The notes under the pieces are model-generated. The model was not told the DNA's origin and ran no database searches. It saw only the letters and a list, made by a program, of their open reading frames with translations. From Escherichia coli (lineage in GTDB: Bacteria; Pseudomonadota; Gammaproteobacteria; Enterobacterales; Enterobacteriaceae), in the NCBI RefSeq assembly GCF_041886205.1, contig NZ_CP169029.1: DNA of 64,000 nucleotides; one strand, given 5' to 3'. Both the position numbers and the translations under genes were made by a program. Shown in pieces: positions 10,172 to 23,055 of the stretch; the stretch's first letter is position 1, and every line of letters begins with the position of its first letter.

Positions 10172-11704
10172 ATGACGCAGAAAATTGAACAATCTCAACG
10201 ACAAGAACGGGTAGCGGCCTGGAATCGTCGCGCTGAATGCGATCTTGCCGCTTTCCAGAACTCACCAAAGCAAACCTACCAGGCTGAAAAAGCGCGCGAT
10301 CGCAAACTGTGCGCCAACCTGGAAGAAGCGATTCGTCGCTCTGGTTTACAGGACGGCATGACGGTTTCCTTCCATCACGCTTTCCGTGGCGGTGACCTGA
10401 CCGTCAATATGGTGATGGACGTCATCGCAAAGATGGGCTTTAAAAACCTGACCCTGGCGTCCAGCTCCCTGAGTGATTGCCATGCGCCGCTGGTAGAACA
10501 CATTCGCCATGGCGTGGTTACCCGCATTTATACCTCCGGCCTGCGTGGTCCACTGGCAGAAGAAATTTCCCGTGGTCTGCTGGCGGAACCGGTGCAAATC
10601 CACTCTCACGGCGGTCGCGTGCATCTGGTACAGAGCGGCGAACTGAATATCGACGTGGCTTTCCTCGGCGTCCCGTCCTGTGATGAATTCGGTAATGCCA
10701 ACGGCTACACCGGTAAAGCCTGCTGCGGCTCCCTCGGCTATGCAATGGTCGATGCCGACAACGCAAAACAGGTCGTAATGCTCACCGAAGAACTGCTGCC
10801 TTATCCGCATAATCCGGCAAGCATTGAGCAAGATCAGGTTGATTTGATCGTCAAAGTTGACCGCGTTGGCGATGCTGCAAAAATCGGCGCTGGCGCGACC
10901 CGTATGACCACTAACCCGCGCGAACTGCTTATTGCCCGTAGCGCTGCGGATGTGATTGTCAACTCTGGCTACTTCAAAGAAGGTTTCTCCATGCAAACCG
11001 GCACCGGCGGCGCATCGCTGGCGGTAACCCGTTTCCTGGAAGACAAAATGCGTAGCCGCGATATTCGCGCCGACTTCGCCCTCGGCGGTATTACTGCAAC
11101 GATGGTTGACCTACACGAAAAAGGTCTGATCCGCAAACTGCTGGATGTGCAGAGCTTTGACAGCCACGCTGCGCAATCGCTGGCCCGTAACCCCAATCAC
11201 ATCGAAATCAGCGCCAACCAGTACGCTAACTGGGGTTCGAAAGGCGCATCGGTTGATCGTCTCGACGTGGTAGTACTGAGCGCGCTGGAAATTGACACGC
11301 AGTTCAACGTTAACGTGCTGACCGGTTCTGACGGCGTACTGCGTGGCGCTTCCGGTGGTCACTGCGATACCGCGATTGCCTCTGCGCTTTCCATCATCGT
11401 CGCGCCGCTGGTACGCGGTCGTATTCCGACTCTGGTGGATAACGTGCTGACCTGCATCACCCCGGGCTCCAGTGTCGATATTCTGGTCACAGACCACGGT
11501 ATCGCAGTTAACCCGGCACGTCCGGAACTAGCAGAACGTCTGCAGGAAGCGGGCATTAAAGTGGTTTCCATTGAGTGGCTGCGCGAACGTGCGCGTCTGC
11601 TGACCGGTGAACCACAGCCGATTGAATTCACCGACCGCGTCGTTGCCGTTGTGCGTTACCGCGATGGCTCGGTGATCGATGTTGTGCATCAGGTGAAGGA
11701 ATAA
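10172..11704 (+). CDS. citF: citrate lyase alpha subunit (citrate CoA-transferase) CitF
   Basis: 510-aa ORF MTQKIEQSQRQERVAAWNRRAECD... Confidence 0.94.
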   Translation: MTQKIEQSQRQERVAAWNRRAECDLAAFQNSPKQTYQAEKARDRKLCANLEEAIRRSGLQDGMTVSFHHAFRGGDLTVNMVMDVIAKMGFKNLTLASSSLSDCHAPLVEHIRHGVVTRIYTSGLRGPLAEEISRGLLAEPVQIHSHGGRVHLVQSGELNIDVAFLGVPSCDEFGNANGYTGKACCGSLGYAMVDADNAKQVVMLTEELLPYPHNPASIEQDQVDLIVKVDRVGDAAKIGAGATRMTTNPRELLIARSAADVIVNSGYFKEGFSMQTGTGGASLAVTRFLEDKMRSRDIRADFALGGITATMVDLHEKGLIRKLLDVQSFDSHAAQSLARNPNHIEISANQYANWGSKGASVDRLDVVVLSALEIDTQFNVNVLTGSDGVLRGASGGHCDTAIASALSIIVAPLVRGRIPTLVDNVLTCITPGSSVDILVTDHGIAVNPARPELAERLQEAGIKVVSIEWLRERARLLTGEPQPIEFTDRVVAVVRYRDGSVIDVVHQVKE

Positions 11705-11707
11705 GCC

Positions 11708-13112
<1,405 letters not shown>

Positions 13113-13162
13113 TTATTTAAGCACTTGATAAATTTGGAAATATTAATTTTCGGAGAACCCGT

Positions 13163-14626
13163 ATGTCTTTAGCAAAAGATAATATATGGAAACTATTGGC
13201 CCCACTGGTGGTGATGGGTGTCATGTTTCTTATCCCTGTCCCCGACGGTATGCCGCCGCAGGCATGGCATTACTTCGCTGTGTTTGTGGCAATGATTGTC
13301 GGCATGATCCTCGAGCCAATTCCGGCAACAGCGATCAGTTTTATTGCGGTTACTATTTGCGTTATTGGCAGTAATTACCTGCTCTTTGATGCCAAAGAAT
13401 TAGCTGACCCAGCGTTTAATGCGCAAAAACAGGCACTGAAATGGGGTCTGGCTGGTTTTTCCAGCACCACGGTATGGCTGGTATTTGGCGCATTTATTTT
13501 TGCATTAGGGTATGAAGTTTCCGGGTTAGGTCGTCGCATTGCCCTTTTCCTGGTGAAATTCATGGGCAAACGCACGCTGACGTTGGGTTATGCGATTGTC
13601 ATTATCGACATTCTGCTGGCACCGTTTACACCGTCCAACACCGCGCGTACCGGGGGTACGGTTTTTCCGGTCATTAAAAACCTGCCGCCGCTGTTTAAAT
13701 CATTCCCGAACGATCCGTCCGCGCGTCGTATTGGCGGCTATTTAATGTGGATGATGGTCATTAGTACCAGTCTGAGTTCGTCTATGTTTGTCACCGGTGC
13801 GGCACCAAACGTGCTGGGTCTGGAGTTCGTCAGCAAAATTGCCGGTATCCAGATTAGCTGGTTGCAGTGGTTCCTCTGCTTCCTGCCGGTTGGGGTTATC
13901 TTGCTTATCATTGCGCCGTGGCTTTCCTACGTGCTGTACAAACCGGAAATCACACACAGTGAAGAAGTGGCAACCTGGGCGGGTGATGAACTAAAAACCA
14001 TGGGGGCGCTGACACGCAGAGAGTGGACGCTGATTGGCCTTGTATTGCTCAGCTTAGGTTTGTGGGTATTTGGCAGTGAAGTCATTAATGCTACTGCGGT
14101 TGGTCTGCTGGCAGTTTCGCTAATGCTGGCCCTGCACGTTGTGCCGTGGAAAGACATTACCCGTTATAACAGCGCATGGAACACGCTGGTCAACCTGGCA
14201 ACTCTGGTTGTGATGGCTAACGGCCTGACTCGTTCTGGTTTTATTGACTGGTTCGCCGGTACCATGAGTACGCACCTGGAAGGATTCTCACCAAACGCAA
14301 CGGTGATTGTACTGGTTCTGGTGTTCTACTTTGCACACTACCTGTTTGCCAGCCTGTCTGCGCACACCGCAACCATGCTGCCGGTTATTCTGGCCGTCGG
14401 TAAAGGTATTCCGGGCGTACCAATGGAACAACTGTGTATCCTGCTGGTGCTGTCTATCGGTATCATGGGCTGTCTGACGCCGTATGCAACCGGTCCTGGG
14501 GTGATTATTTATGGCTGTGGCTATGTGAAATCAAAAGATTACTGGCGTCTTGGCGCAATCTTCGGGGTGATTTACATCTCTATGTTGCTGTTGGTTGGCT
14601 GGCCGATTCTCGCCATGTGGAACTAA
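13163..14626 (+). CDS. citT: citrate:succinate antiporter CitT
   Basis: 487-aa polytopic membrane ORF MSLAKDNIWKLLAPLVVMGVMFLIP... Confidence 0.94.
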   Translation: MSLAKDNIWKLLAPLVVMGVMFLIPVPDGMPPQAWHYFAVFVAMIVGMILEPIPATAISFIAVTICVIGSNYLLFDAKELADPAFNAQKQALKWGLAGFSSTTVWLVFGAFIFALGYEVSGLGRRIALFLVKFMGKRTLTLGYAIVIIDILLAPFTPSNTARTGGTVFPVIKNLPPLFKSFPNDPSARRIGGYLMWMMVISTSLSSSMFVTGAAPNVLGLEFVSKIAGIQISWLQWFLCFLPVGVILLIIAPWLSYVLYKPEITHSEEVATWAGDELKTMGALTRREWTLIGLVLLSLGLWVFGSEVINATAVGLLAVSLMLALHVVPWKDITRYNSAWNTLVNLATLVVMANGLTRSGFIDWFAGTMSTHLEGFSPNATVIVLVLVFYFAHYLFASLSAHTATMLPVILAVGKGIPGVPMEQLCILLVLSIGIMGCLTPYATGPGVIIYGCGYVKSKDYWRLGAIFGVIYISMLLLVGWPILAMWN

Positions 14627-14658
14627 TACGTTCGCCAAACGCTGAATAAATCATCACG

Positions 14659-14692
14659 TCCGCCAGGTAAGCCCACCTGGCGGGCTTTTTTA
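14659..14692 (+). terminator. intrinsic terminator after citT
   Basis: hairpin AAGCCC-acctggc-GGGCTT followed by TTTTTT. Confidence 0.7.
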
Positions 14693-14739
14693 TGATTTAA
14701 TAGATAGTATTCAGTGTATGTATGAGTTCCACACCCATT

Positions 14740-15546
14740 ATGAAAGCATTCTGGCGTAACGCCGCGTTGCTCGCGGTTTCTCTGCTTCCCTTCTCTTCTG
14801 CCAACGCCGTGGCGTTGCAGGCAAAACAGTATGGCGATTTTGATCGCTATGTCCTTGCCCTCTCCTGGCAAACCGGATTTTGCCAGAGTCAACACGATCG
14901 AAATCGTAACGAACGAGATGAATGTCGCCTGCAAACCGAAACGACCAACAAAGCTGATTTTCTGACCGTACATGGTCTGTGGCCAGGATTGCCTAAATCG
15001 GTTGCTGCCCGTGGTGTTGATGAACGCCGCTGGATGCGCTTCGGTTGCGCTACTCGCCCAATCCCAAATCTGCCAGAAGCGCGCGCCAGCCGGATGTGTT
15101 CATCGCCGGAAACCGGGTTATCACTGGAAACGGCAGCTAAACTAAGTGAAGTCATGCCAGGAGCTGGCGGACGTTCCTGCCTGGAACGCTACGAATATGC
15201 CAAACACGGTGCCTGCTTTGGTTTTGATCCGGACGCATACTTCGGTACGATGGTACGCCTGAATCAAGAAATTAAAGAGAGCGAAGCCGGAAAATTCCTT
15301 GCGGATAATTACGGTAAAACAGTGAGCCGCCGTGACTTTAACGCCGCCTTTGCCAAAAGCTGGGGAAAAGAGAACGTGAAAGCAGTTAAGCTAACGTGCC
15401 AGGGTAACCCTGCGTATTTGACTGAAATTCAGATCTCGATCAAAGCTGACGCCATCAACGCTCCGCTTTCTGCAAACTCATTCTTGCCACAACCACACCC
15501 AGGCAACTGTGGCAAAACCTTTGTGATTGATAAAGTGGGTTATTAA
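14740..15546 (+). CDS. rna: periplasmic ribonuclease I
   Basis: 268-aa ORF MKAFWRNAALLAVSLLPFSSANA... with signal peptide; start trimmed to ATG at 14740. Confidence 0.93.
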   Translation: MKAFWRNAALLAVSLLPFSSANAVALQAKQYGDFDRYVLALSWQTGFCQSQHDRNRNERDECRLQTETTNKADFLTVHGLWPGLPKSVAARGVDERRWMRFGCATRPIPNLPEARASRMCSSPETGLSLETAAKLSEVMPGAGGRSCLERYEYAKHGACFGFDPDAYFGTMVRLNQEIKESEAGKFLADNYGKTVSRRDFNAAFAKSWGKENVKAVKLTCQGNPAYLTEIQISIKADAINAPLSANSFLPQPHPGNCGKTFVIDKVGY

Positions 15547-15693
15547 TCATCTGATTTACAAAACACGCTAATTCGTCTTCCATAAACTATGACGATTAAG
15601 AATTATACATAATGCGCTGCATTGAGGAATTCCCTGAATGTGACGCAAATCACTTCAAAGAGTGAGCAACAGTCAGTATCATCATGTGAGTTA

Positions 15694-15727
15694 AACCCTC
15701 GCCGCCAGACGGTGAGGGTTTTCTTTT
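15694..15727 (+). terminator. candidate intrinsic terminator/attenuator in rna-rnk spacer
   Basis: imperfect hairpin AACCCTCGCC-gccagac-GGTGAGGGTT followed by TTCTTTT; lies 150 bp after rna stop. Confidence 0.4.
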
Positions 15728-15775
15728 GGGTATGTTTATCTGCGACACTCGCAGTACCGACGACATGGAGTAAAA

Positions 15776-16186
15776 ATGTCCAGACCAACTATCATCATTA
15801 ACGACCTGGATGCCGAACGCATCGATATTCTGCTGGAGCAACCCGCCTATGCTGGTTTGCCAATCGCCGACGCGTTAAACGCAGAGTTGGATCGCGCCCA
15901 AATGTGTTCGCCAGAAGAGATGCCACACGACGTGGTGACAATGAACAGCCGGGTTAAATTCCGCAATCTTAGCGATGGCGAAGTGCGTGTGCGCACGCTG
16001 GTGTATCCGGCAAAAATGACCGATAGCAATACTCAGCTTTCCGTTATGGCTCCGGTAGGTGCCGCACTGCTGGGACTGCGCGTTGGCGATTCCATTCACT
16101 GGGAACTTCCGGGCGGCGTTGCAACCCACCTTGAAGTGCTGGAACTCGAATACCAGCCAGAAGCTGCTGGCGACTACCTGCTTTAA
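15776..16186 (+). CDS. rnk: regulator of nucleoside diphosphate kinase Rnk (GreA/GreB-like)
   Basis: 136-aa [32 protein letters not shown]... Confidence 0.93.
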
Positions 16187-16323
16187 TCCCATCTGCACAA
16201 GCGATAACTCGCTTTGCCCAGAGGATGCACTCGCATCCTCTTTACGCAAAATCAGCAATTTTTCCTGGTTCTCACTGTTCACTTTTGCTGCAAAATTATT
16301 CCGTTTCGTTTGTGGGAATAACC

Positions 16324-16413
16324 ATGGCAGAAGCATTTTACATCCTGATAGGATTCCTGATTATGGCGGCGATTATCGTCATGGCTGCCCTTTACCTCGA
16401 AAACCACTCGTGA
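16324..16413 (+). CDS. candidate small membrane protein (29 aa), not a call I can tie to a known gene
   Basis: ATG with GGGA Shine-Dalgarno 6 nt upstream; MAEAFYILIGFLIMAAIIVMAALYLENHS is one predicted TM helix; ends 3 bp before the convergent ybdR stop. Confidence 0.3.
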   Translation: MAEAFYILIGFLIMAAIIVMAALYLENHS

Positions 16414-16416
16414 CGT

Positions 16417-17655
16417 TCATATTGTTCCCCCCGGCATCGCATTCACCAGACCTGAAACCGCCTTCTGCGCTGCCTCTGCGCTTTGTGCACCGGGTACCAG
16501 AATCACCTTACGGCACTCCTCTTCACGTTTTTCGAAAATCTCATATCCCCGGGCGGCCTCTTCAAACGGCATATAGTGGGTAACAATTTCTTCTGGTTTC
16601 AGTAATCCTTTCTCAATTAACGGTAATAATTCTCCCAGCCATGCGTGAACGTGGGTCTGTCCCATTTTAAACGTCAACCCTTTATCAAAGGCGTCGCCAA
16701 ACAGGAAACCGTGAATAAATCCAGCGTAGACGCCCGGTACGCTAACAATGCCGCCACGCCTGACCGCCGCAATACACTGGCGCAACGCTTTACCGCTGCT
16801 GCCCTCCAGTTTCAGGTTAGTCAGCACCGTTTCCGTGGTGCTGCCTTTCGCTTCAAAACCGACGGCGTCTATTACTGCATCCACGCCCCGGTGACCTGCC
16901 GTTTGTTCAATAATTGACTGTGCCGGATCGCTATCTTCATCAAAATTAATCGGGATCGCGCCGTAGCGGTCAGCGGCGAAACGCAAGCGGTAGGGATGAT
17001 GATCAACAACAAAAATCTGTTCCGCACCGAGCAACCGTGCACAGGCGATTGTCAACAATCCCACTGGACCGGCACCATAGACTGCAACGCTTGAACCTTG
17101 TTGGATCTGCGCATTTTTTGCTGCCTGCCACGCCGTTGGCAAAATATCAGAAAGGAAAAGGGCTTTATCATCTGAAAGCAAAGGCGGTACTTTAAACGGC
17201 CCCACATTCCCTTTAGGGACGCGGACATATTCCGCCTGCCCGCCAGGAACGCCACCATACAGGTGACTATAACCAAACAATGCCGCGGGAGCTGGTATCT
17301 GTTTTTTATTGAGCGCAGCGCCTTTACCCGCATTGGTATTTTCGCAGGCGGCATATTGCTGCAATCGACAGAAAAAACAGTCGCCACAAGCAATGGCGAA
17401 CGGAATTACCACCCGGTCGCCTTTTTGCAAATTTTTTACGTCCTTTCCGGTTTCAACGACTTCCCCCATAAATTCATGACCAAAAATATCGCCATGTTTA
17501 ACCTGGGGTATTTTGCCTCGATAAAGGTGGAGGTCAGAGCCACAGATCGCCGTTGCCGTAATACGCAGAATTATATCATCTGCCTGTTCAATGCCCGGAT
17601 CGGGAACATTTTCTACCTGAACGTGATGTGGGCCGTGATAAGTCAATGCTTTCAT
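16417..17655 (-). CDS. ybdR: Zn-dependent alcohol dehydrogenase-like oxidoreductase YbdR
   Basis: 412-aa [23 protein letters not shown]... with MDR/GroES-like ADH signatures ([15 protein letters not shown]). Confidence 0.92.
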   Translation of the reverse strand: MKALTYHGPHHVQVENVPDPGIEQADDIILRITATAICGSDLHLYRGKIPQVKHGDIFGHEFMGEVVETGKDVKNLQKGDRVVIPFAIACGDCFFCRLQQYAACENTNAGKGAALNKKQIPAPAALFGYSHLYGGVPGGQAEYVRVPKGNVGPFKVPPLLSDDKALFLSDILPTAWQAAKNAQIQQGSSVAVYGAGPVGLLTIACARLLGAEQIFVVDHHPYRLRFAADRYGAIPINFDEDSDPAQSIIEQTAGHRGVDAVIDAVGFEAKGSTTETVLTNLKLEGSSGKALRQCIAAVRRGGIVSVPGVYAGFIHGFLFGDAFDKGLTFKMGQTHVHAWLGELLPLIEKGLLKPEEIVTHYMPFEEAARGYEIFEKREEECRKVILVPGAQSAEAAQKAVSGLVNAMPGGTI

Positions 17656-17875
17656 GCAACCTCCAGAGACAGTTCAAAAAAGAGTCAGTCTTTAAGGGTA
17701 GCTATCACAGCGGGAAAACGGGCGGTACCGCAGGATTTGGGAGAATTCCTGGTGTTCAGTGAGAATATATTCATCACAGAAACAGTTCGTAAGGAAAAAG
17801 AACCAGACAAATATCAGGGATAAATATTATAATCATGGCGAATGATTTGTTCATGATTAACAGGGAGAAAGGGTT

Positions 17876-18304
17876 ATGTATAAGACAATCATTATGCCAG
17901 TTGATGTATTTGAAATGGAATTGAGCGACAAAGCTGTTCGCCACGCTGAATTCCTCGCCCAGGATGACGGAGTTATTCATCTACTTCACGTACTACCCGG
18001 GTCAGCCAGCCTGAGCCTGCACCGTTTTGCCGCTGATGTGCGTCGTTTTGAAGAGCATCTGCAACATGAAGCAGAAGAACGTCTGCAAACGATGGTCAGC
18101 CACTTCACCATCGATCCTTCCCGCATTAAACAACATGTCCGTTTTGGTAGCGTGCGGGATGAAGTCAATGAGTTGGCAGAAGAACTGGGTGCTGATGTTG
18201 TTGTTATCGGTTCTCGCAACCCATCGATTTCGACCCATCTGTTAGGTTCTAACGCCTCGAGCGTGATCCGCCACGCCAATCTGCCGGTGCTGGTTGTGCG
18301 TTAA
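17876..18304 (+). CDS. uspG: universal stress protein UspG (YbdQ)
   Basis: 142-aa [29 protein letters not shown]... Confidence 0.94.
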   Translation: MYKTIIMPVDVFEMELSDKAVRHAEFLAQDDGVIHLLHVLPGSASLSLHRFAADVRRFEEHLQHEAEERLQTMVSHFTIDPSRIKQHVRFGSVRDEVNELAEELGADVVVIGSRNPSISTHLLGSNASSVIRHANLPVLVVR

Positions 18305-18367
18305 TTGCCAGAATAAGTATCCAGCCCTGCCCGGAGCCATCCCGGCGGGGCTTTTTAATGCCATAAA

Positions 18368-18395
18368 AAAGCCGCCAGGTTTGACCCCGGCGGCT
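18368..18395 (-). terminator. intrinsic terminator after ahpF
   Basis: on minus strand: GCCGCC-ggggtcaaacct-GGCGGC followed by TTTTTT, 30 bp past ahpF stop. Confidence 0.6.
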
Positions 18396-18424
18396 AAGCA
18401 ATTGCAGGTGAATCTTACTTCTTC

Positions 18425-19990
18425 TTATGCAGTTTTGGTGCGAATCAGGTAGTCAAAAGCACTCAGAGAGGCTTTGGCACCTTCGCCAGTAGCGATGATA
18501 ATCTGCTTGTACGGAACCGTCGTACAGTCACCCGCTGCGAACACGCCTTTGACGTTGGTTTCGCATTTCGCATCAATGATAATCTCACCCATGCGGTTAC
18601 GTTCGACTGCGCCTTCCAGCCAGTTGGTGTTCGGCAGCAGACCAATCTGGACGAAAATACCAGCCAGTTCGATGTTGTGAATATCGCCGCTGATACGATC
18701 TCGATATTCCAGACCAACGACTTTGCTGCCGTCGCCTTTCACTTCCGTGGTTTGCGCATTCAGAATAATATCGACGTTTTTCAGGCTGCGCAGTTTGTCC
18801 TGCAGAACCTGGTCGGCTTTCATTTCTGGCGCAAATTCCAGCAGAGTTACGTGCTCAACGATACCCGCCAGGTCGATTGCCGCTTCCACGCCGGAGTTAC
18901 CGCCGCCGATAACCGCTACGCGTTTGCCTTTAAACAGCGGACCGTCGCAGTGCGGGCAGTAGGTCACGCCTTTGGTGCGATACTGATCTTCGCCCGGAAC
19001 GTTCATGTTGCGCCATTTTGCACCGGTCGCCACGATAATGCTGCGTGCTTTCAGTACCGCGCCAGAAGCTGTTTCAATCTGATGCAGACCACCTTCAACC
19101 GCTGCCGGGATCAGTTTGCTGGCGCTCTGGCTGTCGATCACATCAACGTCGTATTCATCAACGTGAACTTTCAGTGCCCCTGCCAGTTTCTGGCCTTCGG
19201 TCTTCGGTACAGAAATGTAGTTTTCGATATCAACGGTATCGAGGATCTGACCACCAAAACGTTCGCCCATCAGACCGGTACGGATACCTTTACGTGCGGA
19301 GTAAATTGCTGCCGCTGCACCCGCCGGGCCGGAACCAACGATTAATACGTCATAAGCGTCACGCTTGTTCAGCTCTTCTGCCGCACGTTTTTCCGCGCCA
19401 GTATCAATTTTGGCGACGATTTCAGTCAACGTCATGCGGCCCTGACCAAACTCTTTCCCGTTTACGAACACTGCCGGAACGCCCATCACGTTGCGATCGG
19501 TGATTTCGTTCTGGAAGGTGCCGCCGTCAATTGCAGTGTGCTTGATGCGCGGATTCAGTACGCTCATCAGGTTCAGCGCCTGCACCACGTCCGGGCAATT
19601 GTGGCAAGAGAGCGAGTAATAGGTTTCGAATTCAAAATCACCGTCAATATGGCGAATCTGCTCCAGCAGAGACTGCGCTTCTTTCGACGGATGACCACCG
19701 GTCCACAGCAGCGCCAGTACCAGCGAGGTGAACTCGTGGCCCAGCGGGGAGCCTGCAAAACGTGGCCCCTGGTTGGAACCTGGGTTGGTGATCAGGAAAG
19801 ACGGCTTACGCACCGGCAAGCTGTTATCTTCTTTAAAGGTGACTTTGTCTGACAGTTCTGCGATTTCAGCCAACAGTTCCTTGATTTCTGCCGATTTAGC
19901 GCTGTCATCCAGCGTGGCAATTAACTCAACAGGCTTGGTCAATTTCTCAAGGTAAGCCTTGAGTTGAGTTTTCATATTTGTGTCGAGCAT
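18425..19990 (-). CDS. ahpF: alkyl hydroperoxide reductase subunit F
   Basis: 521-aa [29 protein letters not shown]...; CxxC and FAD/NAD motifs; start trimmed to ATG at 19990. Confidence 0.95.
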   Translation of the reverse strand: MLDTNMKTQLKAYLEKLTKPVELIATLDDSAKSAEIKELLAEIAELSDKVTFKEDNSLPVRKPSFLITNPGSNQGPRFAGSPLGHEFTSLVLALLWTGGHPSKEAQSLLEQIRHIDGDFEFETYYSLSCHNCPDVVQALNLMSVLNPRIKHTAIDGGTFQNEITDRNVMGVPAVFVNGKEFGQGRMTLTEIVAKIDTGAEKRAAEELNKRDAYDVLIVGSGPAGAAAAIYSARKGIRTGLMGERFGGQILDTVDIENYISVPKTEGQKLAGALKVHVDEYDVDVIDSQSASKLIPAAVEGGLHQIETASGAVLKARSIIVATGAKWRNMNVPGEDQYRTKGVTYCPHCDGPLFKGKRVAVIGGGNSGVEAAIDLAGIVEHVTLLEFAPEMKADQVLQDKLRSLKNVDIILNAQTTEVKGDGSKVVGLEYRDRISGDIHNIELAGIFVQIGLLPNTNWLEGAVERNRMGEIIIDAKCETNVKGVFAAGDCTTVPYKQIIIATGEGAKASLSAFDYLIRTKTA

Positions 19991-20014
19991 GTTTATCTCC
20001 TGGGCTTTAAACAT

Positions 20015-20098
20015 CATCATGCAAGCGGCCTCTGCGGCTACCTGGATGCAGCTTGCATCATGGTGCGGGGAAGAAAATCGGGTGCCGCAGCACCCGAT
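20015..20098 (-). promoter_or_regulatory. two stem-loops in the ahpC-ahpF spacer (partial terminator after ahpC; hairpin in ahpF leader)
   Basis: 20077-20098 ATCGGGTGC-cgca-GCACCCGAT followed by U-rich tract on minus strand; 20015-20062 12-bp inverted repeat CATCATGCAAGC/GCTTGCATCATG. Confidence 0.45.
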
Positions 20099-20118
20099 TA
20101 ATTACGCGATTGCGGAAC

Positions 20119-20682
20119 TTAGATTTTACCAACCAGGTCCAGAGACGGAGCCAGAGTTGCTTCACCTTCTTTCCATTTAGCCGGGCAAACTTCACCTGGG
20201 TGAGAAGCTACGTACTGTGCTGCTTTGATTTTACGCAGCAGGTCAGACGCGTCACGGCCAATGCCTTCAGCGGTAACTTCGATTGCCTGGATGATACCCT
20301 GCGGGTCAACAACGAAGGTCGCACGGTCAGCCAGACCTTCATCTTCACGCATGTTGTCGAAGTTACGGGTCAGGGCGCCAGTCGGGTCGCCGATCATCGC
20401 ATATTTGATTTTAGCGATGGTTTCAGAGCTGCTGTGCCATGCTTTGTGGGTGAAGTGAGTATCGGTAGATACTGCGTATACGTCTACGCCCAGTTTCTGC
20501 AGTTCTTCGTAGTGGTCAGCAACGTCACCCAGTTCGGTCGGGCATACGAAAGTAAAATCAGCCGGGTAGAAGAAGAAGACGCTCCAGCGGCCTTCGGTAT
20601 CTTTTTCGGTGATTTCGATGAATTCGCCGTTTTTGAATGCCTGGTTTTTAAAAGGTTTAATTTTGGTGTTAATCAAGGACAT
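20119..20682 (-). CDS. ahpC: alkyl hydroperoxide reductase subunit C (peroxiredoxin)
   Basis: 187-aa [31 protein letters not shown]... with FVCPTE peroxidatic Cys motif. Confidence 0.96.
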   Translation of the reverse strand: MSLINTKIKPFKNQAFKNGEFIEITEKDTEGRWSVFFFYPADFTFVCPTELGDVADHYEELQKLGVDVYAVSTDTHFTHKAWHSSSETIAKIKYAMIGDPTGALTRNFDNMREDEGLADRATFVVDPQGIIQAIEVTAEGIGRDASDLLRKIKAAQYVASHPGEVCPAKWKEGEATLAPSLDLVGKI

Positions 20683-21053
20683 CTATACTTCCTCCGTGTT
20701 TTCGATGAGATGTAAGGTAACCAATTTTTGCCGATTCGGCTAATGCGTTTCCATTATCAAATCGATAAGTTTTACCTTACAACCTTCGTAAGACAACTTT
20801 GTGAACTTTGCACCGCCAGCGGCGATAAAAAGTAAAATGGCCCCCTTTCCAGGTGACCGTGTAATCTGAACTACCCTTTGGTATCTTCAGCGCCTGCCTG
20901 CAGGCTGAGGTGTTGCCCTTACAAATGCAACAACGACATGGATTACAACACCCTCATAAACAAAGGGCAATCACCTGATCTAAGCTCTTACCTATGACAG
21001 TGATAGGTTATGCCTTTTACTCGACTTTTGCACTGACTGAAAAGGACAAATTA

Positions 21054-21800
21054 ATGTTAAAAAAGATACTTTTACTGGCTCTGCTTCCTGCAATCGCCTT
21101 CGCAGAGGAACTTCCTGCTCCAGTAAAAGCGATTGAAAAACAGGGCATTACAATCATCAAAACGTTCGATGCCCCCGGAGGAATGAAAGGTTATCTCGGA
21201 AAGTATCAGGATATGGGCGTCACCATCTACCTGACTCCAGATGGTAAGCACGCTATCTCTGGTTACATGTACAACGAGAAAGGTGAAAACCTGAGTAACA
21301 CACTTATCGAAAAAGAAATTTACGCACCAGCCGGACGCGAAATGTGGCAACGGATGGAACAATCCCACTGGCTCCTCGACGGTAAAAAAGACGCGCCGGT
21401 CATTGTCTACGTCTTCGCCGATCCGTTCTGCCCATATTGTAAACAGTTCTGGCAGCAGGCGCGCCCGTGGGTAGATTCTGGCAAAGTGCAGTTGAGAACA
21501 TTGTTGGTTGGGGTTATCAAACCAGAAAGTCCGGCGACAGCCGCGGCAATTCTTGCCTCCAAAGATCCCGCAAAAACCTGGCAAGAATATGAAGCCTCTG
21601 GTGGCAAGCTTAAGCTAAACGTGCCTGCAAACGTAAGTACTGAGCAAATGAAAGTGTTAAGCGATAACGAGCAACTCATGGACGATCTGGGGGCAAATGT
21701 CACACCCGCTATCTATTACATGAGTAAGGAAAATACGTTGCAACAAGCCGTGGGGTTGCCCGATCAGAAAACGCTTAATATCATTATGGGAAATAAATAA
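21054..21800 (+). CDS. dsbG: periplasmic disulfide isomerase/chaperone DsbG
   Basis: 248-aa [23 protein letters not shown]... with CPYC active site; divergent from ahpC. Confidence 0.93.
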   Translation: MLKKILLLALLPAIAFAEELPAPVKAIEKQGITIIKTFDAPGGMKGYLGKYQDMGVTIYLTPDGKHAISGYMYNEKGENLSNTLIEKEIYAPAGREMWQRMEQSHWLLDGKKDAPVIVYVFADPFCPYCKQFWQQARPWVDSGKVQLRTLLVGVIKPESPATAAAILASKDPAKTWQEYEASGGKLKLNVPANVSTEQMKVLSDNEQLMDDLGANVTPAIYYMSKENTLQQAVGLPDQKTLNIIMGNK

Positions 21801-22007
21801 AAGATAATTCATGGATGGTTGAAATATACCCCTGCTTTTCAACCATCCTTAAAACGCATGAATTGCTCGCTCTGTGCCAGATGGCTGTGCTATTTTAGAA
21901 AAACTTAATCCTGAGTTAAGCAAAAAAACATAATCAATAAAAATATATACGCAAAAACATTGATTAAGTGAATACTTCATGGAAGAAAAATATAACCGGA
22001 GTACTGT

Positions 22008-22910
22008 ATGGCCAATCTCTACGACCTGAAAAAGTTCGACTTAAATCTTCTTGTCATCTTTGAGTGCATTTATAAACACTTAAGCATAAGCAAGGCTGCT
22101 GAGTCATTATATATCACTCCATCAGCAGTGAGTCAGTCGTTACAACGCTTACGTGCGCAATTTAATGACCCTTTATTCATTCGCTCAGGAAAAGGTATCA
22201 CGCCAACTACGACAGGGTTAAATTTACACAATCACCTTGAGAAAAACCTCAGAGGTCTAGAGCAAACAATCAATCTTGTTAATAAATCGGAAGTAAAGAA
22301 AAATTTTATTATCTACGGTCCTCAGCTCATCTCCTGTTCTCATAACCGCATGCTGATCCGCTGCCTACGGCAAGATACCTCGGTCGAGATTGAGTGCCAT
22401 GACACACTTATTTCAGCCGAGAATGCTGAAGAACTGTTGGTTCATCGCAAAGCCGATCTGGTGATCACTCAAATGCCAGTGATCAGTCGTTCCGTCATTT
22501 GTATGCCATTGCATACGATTCGTAATACCCTAATTTGTAGTAATAAACATCCCCGGATTACAGATACCAGTACTTACGAACAAATTATGGAAGAAGAGTT
22601 CACCCAATTAATTTCCAAATCATCGGGGCTTGATGACATTCAAATGGAAATAGACGAGAGGTTTATAAATCGTAAAATTGCCTTTCGTGGCTCCTCTTTA
22701 TTGGCGATCATAAATAGCATTGCGATTACAGATTTGCTAGGAATAGTTCCCTTTGAACTTTATGAATCCCACCAAGAATCTCTTAATTTAAAGGAAATAA
22801 AACTAGAGCACCCCCTACCCTTGGTTAAGCTTTACATTTGTTACAACAAGACTTCTCTAAACAACCTGGCATTCTCACGATTCATTGACAGATTGAATGA
22901 TAATTCTTGA
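22008..22910 (+). CDS. ybdO: LysR-family transcriptional regulator YbdO
   Basis: 300-aa ORF with N-terminal LysR HTH (SISKAAESLYITPSAVSQSLQRLR); markedly AT-rich coding sequence. Confidence 0.9.
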   Translation: MANLYDLKKFDLNLLVIFECIYKHLSISKAAESLYITPSAVSQSLQRLRAQFNDPLFIRSGKGITPTTTGLNLHNHLEKNLRGLEQTINLVNKSEVKKNFIIYGPQLISCSHNRMLIRCLRQDTSVEIECHDTLISAENAEELLVHRKADLVITQMPVISRSVICMPLHTIRNTLICSNKHPRITDTSTYEQIMEEEFTQLISKSSGLDDIQMEIDERFINRKIAFRGSSLLAIINSIAITDLLGIVPFELYESHQESLNLKEIKLEHPLPLVKLYICYNKTSLNNLAFSRFIDRLNDNS

Positions 22911-23055
22911 TATATAGATTCAGAGAGAGGCTACATCCTTTCATTTCTATTCATTTCATCAATAAAAAATAAAATACTCTACCTTACAGGACTTACTTTA
23001 TAATTAACGACCTTATCTCACTGATCACCCTGTAACGTTCAGAGAGCGTCTTTAG

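Noticed and set aside
18677-19345. Long antisense ORFs inside well-supported genes (e.g. 18677-19345 in ahpF, 10346-10996 in citF, 20053-20715 in ahpC, 8475-9029 in citC, 47076-47636 in fepA)
   Set aside because: They lie entirely antisense to genes with full-length matches to known proteins, in GC-rich DNA where long spurious frames are expected; there are no start or ribosome-binding signals and no recognisable domains.
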